A stretch of DNA of 64,000 bases. Origin: an uncultured Clostridia bacterium. Lineage in GTDB: Bacteria; Bacillota; Clostridia; Christensenellales; UBA1242. The notes beneath the pieces are model-generated. The model was not told where the DNA came from. It ran no database searches and saw only the letters and a program-made list of their open reading frames with translations. The DNA lies in the NCBI GenBank assembly GCA_944377145.1, contig CALWEH010000013.1, positions 26,970 through 90,969 of the forward strand, written 5' to 3'. Numbering within the stretch: position 1 is the stretch's first letter; every line of letters begins with the position of its first letter. This document shows, piece after piece, positions 57,901-64,000 of the stretch. A program made the translations under genes and the position numbers.

Positions 57901-60900
57901 TAATCTTGCAAATTAATTGTTAATTGCATTTCATTTGAAGGCAAATTAGAAATTTGAGTCCAACTATTTGATTGTATTTCATAGTTAATTTGTTTAAATT
58001 TATATCCTATAAAATCATCTAAATAGCTATCTAAACTTTGATCATAAACTGATATTGTAAATGAATTTCCTGCATATATTGATATTGAATTTCCTTTAAT
58101 TGAAGAGATATTACTATTAAATAATTGTTCTAACTTTCCATTATAATCATCATCAAAACTATATATAAAATAATCATATTGTGAATTTAAATTATCATAC
58201 ATATATATAATTAGATTATTTTTATAATGTCCATTTAAATTTCCTATCACCTGTTCAACTTCATTGATTAAAACATATCCGTTAGGGCTAGTAAGGTCAT
58301 TTATAATACTATTAACTTCAACATTTATAATATTTCTATACCATATTACTTTAAATTTAAATTGATTTGTTACATAGTTTTCGTTAGTATCGCAATATGA
58401 ATATTTCCAATCAAGAGGTTTTACATTTTCTGATAAATTTGGTGTTAATTCGTCTAGCTTTAATTCATCTACCATTATGTACATACGATTTTCATTAATT
58501 TCATTTATCATGTAAAAATACTGCATTTCATAATAATCAATTGCAAAATATGGTAAATTAATAGCTTCTGCTAATGTATTATTATTGGCATTTATTTGTT
58601 GGTCTTGTAATAAATAAATATAATATTTCTTTTGACCATTTACATCTTCAATATATAATTTATTTTGCCTTTCTAAATAATCACTAGACATTTGATAATT
58701 TGTTTCAGCACTTAAAGGCAAATATCTTTGTAATAGTATTGTAGAGGAAGTTTTATTCACAATCTCAAAATCGCCATTATCTTGAATTGTTGGTTCTGTA
58801 CTATAAGGTAAATTCAAATCTAATTCTATTCTGTATAAATTAGCTAAATAATTACCATCAATATACACATACCAACCTTCATCTTTATTAAAGGCATCAC
58901 CTATAGTATATTTAGTATAACGAATATTTTCATAATCCCATACACCTGTTATTGGAATTATAAATTCTTCTCCTGTCATAGTATTATAAGGAGTTGCGTT
59001 TACAAGAGTGTATCCTGATATGTTAACTGACCTAATTAGAGTTATGTTTGCATCAGCACTAGTTGAAGAGCTTATTAAATAATTAGTTCCAAATAAAACA
59101 TCTTCAGTAACAAATTCTTGATTTAAATAGCTAGATTTATATGAAGCATTGTCACGCAATTTAAATCTAACATCAAACCGCATTGCTTTCCAATTAGGAG
59201 TTATAGTTATATCTCCTTGCAAATATTGTAAATTAATGCCATTTTGAACAAAATTATTAGCTTGAATCCATTGATTTATGCTTGGAATATTATTTTCCAC
59301 TTCACCTTGAACACTATATACAACTTCTCCAACTTTTACAGTCCAACCATTTATTGAATATCCTTTTCTAAACAATCTATAACCTTCACTTATTGGATAA
59401 TTGAATACTTCATCATCTAAAGTAGATGGCAATGTATATCCAGAATAATAATTTTGGCTAGCAGTAAACATAGATAATTCAGTTTGCGTTCCATTATTAT
59501 ATATATAAGCTGTATCAGCTCCTTTTTGAACTGTAATAGTGTATATTGGAAGCCATATTGCATATATATCATATTCTGTAGGCACAGCTGTTGGATCATC
59601 TGCATCATAGCCTTTTAACAGCTTAGTAACCTTACTATTATCTACAAATATATCTTGCCCCCAAATTGAATCTGGATCACTAGCATTAAAAGGCAAATCT
59701 AAATACGAACTTGTTTGATATTGTTCAACATAATTATATTGTTTAGTTCCAGAATAGTTTGATATAGCCCAACCTATAAATACATAATTTTGATTACTAA
59801 ATGGATTAGATAATGTTTGAATTGTAGAATATTTTACAGTTGTTTTCAAACTTTCAGCTGTTAAATTATTATGTAAAATTATATCATAGCTATTTTCAGC
59901 CCAAACGGCAGTTAATGTATGATCGCCAACACTATTTGTATCAATACTTATTATATAACTCTCATTATCTATACTATTAATTTGATTAATTTTAATTAAG
60001 CCTTGACCAGCTCCTCCTGTCCAACCTCTAAATGTAAAGCCATCTTTTGTAATATTGTCTGAAGTTGGCAAATGGAATAATGGACTTTCTATAGTGTAAG
60101 TTATAATATACTGTCCATTGCTTGTAAATGATGGATTTGTATTTTCATTTAAATAATATCCAGCTATTAAACCTTCATCTGTTTGCAATGTAATTCTATA
60201 TTTTATAGCTTCCCATACAGCCGTTAATGTTACATTACCCCAACATGAATTTAATTGACTTTCACCTTGGAAACTAGCATTTTGACTCCAACTACCTTCA
60301 CTATTTGAAGTTACAAGCCAATTATCAAAATTATAATAATTTTTATTAATATTTGGTAAAGTTATTTGATCTTCTATATCATAGGTTTGTATATAGTCAT
60401 TACCATCTTTTACAAAATTTGCATCTGTTAGCACAGTATAATCAGTTAGCCCTTCTATACCTGTTAATCTAATAGTATATGGGATAGGAATTAAAATAGC
60501 CTCAAATACTACATTTCCAAACATTTGTTGGAAAACATGTCCATATTCAAATTTTTGTCCAATAAATATATCCCAAGCAGCTTCAGACTCTGCACCAACC
60601 TGCCATGTTGCATTTTCGTTTACTTCGCCTTCATATCCATTTTGCGTAAACTCAATTAAAGCAACACTATCTATAAATGTATAACTTAAAGGTTCTCCTA
60701 TTTGTTCACCATTATATTTAAATATTATTGTATATGTTCCAGGAATTACTTGAAGTTCAACATCTCCATATTTTCCAGAGCTAGAACTTCCTTGTAATAT
60801 TGAAGCTCCCATTTCTCCCCAATTTCCATTAGAAGAATCTAAAGTAGTTACAGATTTTACAGACCAAGCATTATATTCTATAGTTGGATAATCTATAATT

Positions 60901-63900
60901 TCACAGCTATCCATTATAGTATATTGCTGTTCTTTATCTTGCAATTCAGTATCACCTTCATAATATGAAATAGTATATATATTAAATGTAATTTGTGATT
61001 TTAATACAATATTTCCATATTTACCAACTATTGACATTTGAGAATCAACATTATCTCCAACATTTAAATTCCAGTTATTAGTTTCATCTATTTCAGCTAC
61101 ACTCCAGCCTGTTACATTGTTATATCCATTAGAGTTGAAATATTTTTCTCCATAATTATTGTCAAAATATTGTTTAGCATCTACAATCTCATTTTGTGAT
61201 AAAACTATATTATCTTCTAATATAATATTATCATTGTAATAATAGTAGTATGTAACTACTGTTTGAGATTGCCATTTTGCATATATAGTAACATTTCCTT
61301 GTGCCATAAGAGTTTCACTTGTTACAGCTTCTCCCCAATCACCGTTAGTGGTACCATTTTTGCTAAACCAGCCCATAAATACATAGTTTTCTCTATCTAT
61401 AGTTTTTACACCTGTTGAATAATCTATGCTAGGAAGTTCGCCATATTCAGCTTTATATGTAACAGATTTTGTAGCTATAGCTCCATTATTTAATACTATC
61501 CAATTATCACTCTCATAAATTTGTCCACCGTTAGCGTCCATTGTTAAAACATATTCTATCCATTTAGCATAAATTGTAACATCGTGAGCAACATTCAATA
61601 ATGTAGAGCTAGAAACTTCTTCTCCCCAATTATTATTGTTAGAACCATCTAAACTAAACCAACCTGCAAAAGTAAATCCTTCACGATATATTTGTATTGT
61701 ATTATTTTCGTAATCAGCTATTGGTAATGTTCCGTATGCAGTGTTAAATGTCACTTCTTTACTAGCAGTTGAGCCATCATTTGATATATTCCAATTATTA
61801 TTTTCTACAATGGTTCCCCCTGTTGCATTTAATGTTAAAGTAAAACTATCTGCTTCCCATTGAGCATATATTGTAACATTTGATGTTGAAGTCATAATTG
61901 TAGCATTTGTAACAAGTTCTCCATCATTTGGAAGAGTGTACCAGCCCGCAAGCTTATATCCTGTTCTAGAAACTGTAGGCAAATTCCCATACGCTGATCC
62001 ATAACTTACTGTTTTATAAGCTAAAGATCCTGAAACCGTCCAGCCATCATATTCATCAAATGTTGCATCATTCGCATTTAAATTAGCTGTTAATATAAAC
62101 TGTTTAGCATTCCACTGTGCCGCTAACACCACACTTCCTGTATAGCCATTTATTTCTGTTCCGGCATTATATACTCCACCATTTATCCAACCACTAAAGC
62201 CTTCTGATGTAATTTCAGTTAATTGCCAATTTACAAAGTCATGAGAAGCTGAAGTTACTCCAGGAAGAGTAACATCGTCTTCAACAGTATACTCTAAAAC
62301 ATAATTATCTTCACTTTGAACAAATCCTAAATTTATTAAATTACTTACACTAGAATTATCAATAATTGATGTGTTAGTTAAAGTTATTGTATATATTAGA
62401 TTAAATTGAGCATCTAATATCACATCTCCCCACATTACACTAAAGTTTGTAAAGTTTCCGCTACTATTTTTTAAATATATAGTATCTTTTTGCCAAGACC
62501 CTGAAGTTTCAAAAACTTTCCAACCTATAAATCTATATCCGTCTACTACCACATCTTTTAAATTAAATGTGAATTGCGATGTTATAGTATAATTTTGAGT
62601 TCCTAATATTTGATAATATCCATTTTCATCTGTAGTTCTATAGCTAATAGTATATTCTTCTTCTTCCCAAATAGCTGTTAATATTAAACCGTCTCTACTA
62701 CCAGCTATTAAAGTTTTTATAATAATATTATCATCTTCATCTTTTTCAAACTCAAATCCAGCACTAGAACCATCAACAAATTCATAAGAAATTATATTTT
62801 CTCTTTCTATTGTGTTAGCCAAATCTATTCCATTTACGCTTACATTCCAACCTATAAATTTGTATCCATTTCTTGTTATTGTGTTTGAATATTCAATAGT
62901 ATAATTTTCCCAGAAATTATATACTTTTGTAATAGAATTGCCTGTAACTCCTTCCACTTGACCTAGGTTGAAATTATATGTAATAGTTGTAGCCACTCTT
63001 AATTCAACATCACCAACAAATCTTGCATCTCCATTTTCATTTTGTAAGCCAGATTCACTTCCATAATATACATCATTTAATGTAAATCTAATATATCCAT
63101 TTAAAGTTGAACTTGGAGAACTTGCTTCTACAGCTTGGAATACTCCACTATATATATTTATTGGAAGAGTAAAATTATAATACCTCTCTCCATTCAATAC
63201 ATGTAATCCAGATGTTATTAAACTATCTGTTACATCTTGCCCTGAAGCATTTAAAACTTTTATGCTATAGCCCCAAATTCCATAAATAGTTAAATCTCCA
63301 TACACTCCATCTTTAACTGAAGTTATAAATCCATCTGTAAGATTAAAATATCTTTCATCTCCACTCCAACCTAAAAAAGTTGCTCCTCCTACAGGTGCAT
63401 CAGTAAGTTTAACATCATTTAAAGCGTCTAAATTAGGGTTATTCCCAAAAGAATAATATGTTGGTAAAGAGGTTGATACACTAGATATATTTATATTCGC
63501 ACCATTTATATAGTCTTTATAATAAATATTATAACTCTCCCCAAATGGCTCTACATAAAATCTTATCACATCGCTATCATCATTTAAATAATGCCCATTT
63601 AATGAGGTTACCCTGTTAATTCCAATATTATTTCCAGCTGAATCATATAAGGAATTCCCATTTAAACTCCAAAAACTCCAACCGTTTGCATAATATTTAT
63701 CTGCTCCATTTTCCACCCAAGCATCAAACGCATCTTCAACATCTAATAACTCTAACACTTCTCCATAAGTATATTCATATACTGTATTTTCATTTATTCT
63801 GTAGTTTTGAGAATGATATCGAACATAATACTCTAATGTATAAGTTTTAGATTCAAATAAAGCTTCTACTTTAATATCTCCTAAATATGAAGAAATTAAT

Positions 63901-64000
63901 CCAACATTATTAAACGATCCATTGCTATACCTCACTTCTCCTTCAGCAGACCCTCCCACAGTTGACCATTCGAAACCTGTAAAACTATAACCTTTATATT
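54933..64000 (-). CDS. Giant (more than 3020 aa) secreted or surface protein rich in Listeria-Bacteroides repeats; the N-terminus lies beyond the right window edge
   Basis: The track start at 63959 is an internal GTG. The frame stays open to position 64000 (...YKGYSFTGFEWSTVGGSAEGEV). There are many G-[YF]-x-[FL]-x-G-W ... IYA-[KQ]-W repeat ends. No C-terminal TM anchor. Confidence 0.8.
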   Translation of the reverse strand, partial: YKGYSFTGFEWSTVGGSAEGEVRYSNGSFNNVGLISSYLGDIKVEALFESKTYTLEYYVRYHSQNYRINENTVYEYTYGEVLELLDVEDAFDAWVENGADKYYANGWSFWSLNGNSLYDSAGNNIGINRVTSLNGHYLNDDSDVIRFYVEPFGESYNIYYKDYINGANINISSVSTSLPTYYSFGNNPNLDALNDVKLTDAPVGGATFLGWSGDERYFNLTDGFITSVKDGVYGDLTIYGIWGYSIKVLNASGQDVTDSLITSGLHVLNGERYYNFTLPINIYSGVFQAVEASSPSSTLNGYIRFTLNDVYYGSESGLQNENGDARFVGDVELRVATTITYNFNLGQVEGVTGNSITKVYNFWENYTIEYSNTITRNGYKFIGWNVSVNGIDLANTIERENIISYEFVDGSSAGFEFEKDEDDNIIIKTLIAGSRDGLILTAIWEEEEYTISYRTTDENGYYQILGTQNYTITSQFTFNLKDVVVDGYRFIGWKVFETSGSWQKDTIYLKNSSGNFTNFSVMWGDVILDAQFNLIYTITLTNTSIIDNSSVSNLINLGFVQSEDNYVLEYTVEDDVTLPGVTSASHDFVNWQLTEITSEGFSGWINGGVYNAGTEINGYTGSVVLAAQWNAKQFILTANLNANDATFDEYDGWTVSGSLAYKTVSYGSAYGNLPTVSRTGYKLAGWYTLPNDGELVTNATIMTSTSNVTIYAQWEADSFTLTLNATGGTIVENNNWNISNDGSTASKEVTFNTAYGTLPIADYENNTIQIYREGFTFAGWFSLDGSNNNNWGEEVSSSTLLNVAHDVTIYAKWIEYVLTMDANGGQIYESDNWIVLNNGAIATKSVTYKAEYGELPSIDYSTGVKTIDRENYVFMGWFSKNGTTNGDWGEAVTSETLMAQGNVTIYAKWQSQTVVTYYYYYNDNIILEDNIVLSQNEIVDAKQYFDNNYGEKYFNSNGYNNVTGWSVAEIDETNNWNLNVGDNVDSQMSIVGKYGNIVLKSQITFNIYTISYYEGDTELQDKEQQYTIMDSCEIIDYPTIEYNAWSVKSVTTLDSSNGNWGEMGASILQGSSSSGKYGDVELQVIPGTYTIIFKYNGEQIGEPLSYTFIDSVALIEFTQNGYEGEVNENATWQVGAESEAAWDIFIGQKFEYGHVFQQMFGNVVFEAILIPIPYTIRLTGIEGLTDYTVLTDANFVKDGNDYIQTYDIEDQITLPNINKNYYNFDNWLVTSNSEGSWSQNASFQGESQLNSCWGNVTLTAVWEAIKYRITLQTDEGLIAGYYLNENTNPSFTSNGQYIITYTIESPLFHLPTSDNITKDGFTFRGWTGGAGQGLIKINQINSIDNESYIISIDTNSVGDHTLTAVWAENSYDIILHNNLTAESLKTTVKYSTIQTLSNPFSNQNYVFIGWAISNYSGTKQYNYVEQYQTSSYLDLPFNASDPDSIWGQDIFVDNSKVTKLLKGYDADDPTAVPTEYDIYAIWLPIYTITVQKGADTAYIYNNGTQTELSMFTASQNYYSGYTLPSTLDDEVFNYPISEGYRLFRKGYSINGWTVKVGEVVYSVQGEVENNIPSINQWIQANNFVQNGINLQYLQGDITITPNWKAMRFDVRFKLRDNASYKSSYLNQEFVTEDVLFGTNYLISSSTSADANITLIRSVNISGYTLVNATPYNTMTGEEFIIPITGVWDYENIRYTKYTIGDAFNKDEGWYVYIDGNYLANLYRIELDLNLPYSTEPTIQDNGDFEIVNKTSSTILLQRYLPLSAETNYQMSSDYLERQNKLYIEDVNGQKKYYIYLLQDQQINANNNTLAEAINLPYFAIDYYEMQYFYMINEINENRMYIMVDELKLDELTPNLSENVKPLDWKYSYCDTNENYVTNQFKFKVIWYRNIINVEVNSIINDLTSPNGYVLINEVEQVIGNLNGHYKNNLIIYMYDNLNSQYDYFIYSFDDDYNGKLEQLFNSNISSIKGNSISIYAGNSFTISVYDQSLDSYLDDFIGYKFKQINYEIQSNSWTQISNLPSNEMQLTINLQDYDTPDNYLTDKDTLILNIEFEKIIYSLGYFVGGEENNDVNEMYGRIYLTYKDNVSENSIHQLQVQVDEHNNIISEMRVNLGSELSRWKYNQQNILDMNFADGVVQINGVTLIVTINANFLRNTVYSNNIYSNNLYQSIGQIKAECSLIEFKINITINNVNNNELEQLENYVLNESIDNAIFNIKNRDDENVYTVTINNQYLITMLLSNDNGKYLYYSFNNTKYAVSRLYIQHNNSSSTNQLITLFDFPATEYDDINLNVDYNLLNRVINYSPNIAVLEENRVLNFIIEVAPLINISFTTTSHENDIFKENRIISANNELIASGNNLQPLNIVVENGEMLAYVNQTIRFMFEGNNKYYEKAILTINYQDSEDSFEILVNSQTSYAITEDCTIDITLIPKTYSLDAKIEYNMQQYDIDDYLQITNSSGTNIFSENGIQIYSRENRVDVFYSGDMISVQYSLNSAIRGDFIVELRANGNLMTYNSATRSYQTYFNGTDVLIIINVEPVSSKVILKTNIEGENIADIKAQINNGSMQNVMLNGEIVNNEFNLSSGDVLNVYVKAKVGFSFDGEYISPTYPIQSGIYQAPISITEDGYIKFTMFDKLDENGLGEYSISKNGAYTLIFDRIPINIQFSYRLYGETLDNPDGSSMLGSGYNYSSNDEIIKQNSEIVLRKGLDSEGYRFNGYSYQAPLNSSTGSPILLEDNFVISDEILDYLSTVEPVNGELPLIIYINYVSQYRFYVELEGVTDKIQYTISDQNGNQLEQNTYYDRSTELDISISSTDTANYVIKRLEIRDIDANGELGNNYVFKLDGITMDQVHNVNNVIYTNNNHVAGFDLIRYLIYDFNIVIELVPEQYSTNITEYKYLTSTDLDNNNMIEAGKGQITSISDIFDLGLEGVHYLVEGSCEYNTEVKVTIIIENPPSDNTEWVSLYKIILNGSEISLPNYSEIIYSGVESKAYTFTYMLTGNNFELDIQYVSVYKLDIVAGSGL
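61265..62110 (-). repeat. Three consecutive, clearly homologous repeat modules of about 90 aa (Listeria-Bacteroides repeat type) inside the giant gene
   Basis: FILTANLNANDATFDEYDGW...RTGYKLAGWYTLPNDGELV...VTIYAQWEA / FTLTLNATGGTIVENNNW...REGFTFAGWFSLDG...VTIYAKWIE / YVLTMDANGGQIYESDNW...RENYVFMGWFSKNG...VTIYAKWQS. Confidence 0.8.

Noticed and set aside
50696-59608. ORFs 50696..50896 (+) and 59417..59608 (-)
   Set aside because: They are embedded in the giant surface-protein genes, antisense or out of frame.
48196-64000. Functional link between trxB and the two flanking giant genes (for example disulfide handling of surface proteins)
   Set aside because: TrxB is a cytoplasmic housekeeping enzyme. 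Adjacency alone is not evidence, and it has its own RBS and spacing.
27904-64000. Sortase (LPXTG) anchoring of the giant proteins
   Set aside because: No LPXTG-like motif precedes the C-terminal hydrophobic segments. Two proteins end in a plain TM helix plus a basic tail, and the third has no C-terminal hydrophobic segment.
1-64000. Alternative genetic code (UGA read as Trp, as in Mollicutes), suggested by the very low GC content
   Set aside because: The standard code yields uninterrupted ORFs of up to 3008 codons with coherent conserved motifs, so recoding is not needed.

Overview
Strongly AT-rich bacterial chromosome segment. Most genes are on the minus strand and the standard genetic code fits. 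Gene content points to an anaerobic, endospore-forming Firmicute: Spo0A, SpoIIR, SleB-YpeB, Veg, a DUF3794/LysM-like protein and an [FeFe]-hydrogenase. All family calls come from motif recognition by eye; no database search was run.

Layout:
- 1-3.1 kb: 5' part of a type I restriction hsdR gene plus small orphan genes. The block ends at a tRNA 3'-end fragment next to a start-less gene remnant, which looks like a mobile-element or recombination junction.
- 3.5-19.3 kb: mixed accessory and housekeeping genes. These include an S51 peptidase, a ferritin-like protein, TspO, a TetR regulator with a TasA-signal/GLUG surface protein, a GT2-TPR glycosyltransferase, a GGGtGRT/NifU-like pair, a fused MacB-type ABC transporter, a nucleoside hydrolase and a beta-helix surface protein.
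- 19.4-25.5 kb: the most system-like element. It is a compact six-gene minus-strand operon encoding an unannotated 31-aa Cys-Cys peptide, a PqqD-like protein, a radical SAM/SPASM enzyme, an ABC-F ATPase, an M16 (HxxEH) peptidase and a PpsA/rifampin-phosphotransferase-like enzyme. I read it as an atypical RiPP gene cluster with no membrane exporter.
- 25.8-36.3 kb: an orphan VirD4/TraG-type coupling ATPase next to a 2798-aa tail-anchored surface protein.
- 36.5-48 kb: sporulation, germination and core genes (ypeB, sleB, spoIIR, acpP, hydrogenase, hisS, veg, spo0A) plus a Zn-ribbon protein with an extreme poly-D/E tail.
- 48.2-64 kb: two more giant surface proteins (1924 aa and more than 3020 aa, the latter truncated at the window edge). 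Both are built from Listeria-Bacteroides (InlB B-type) repeats and they flank trxB.

No rRNA, intact tRNA or CRISPR array was seen.
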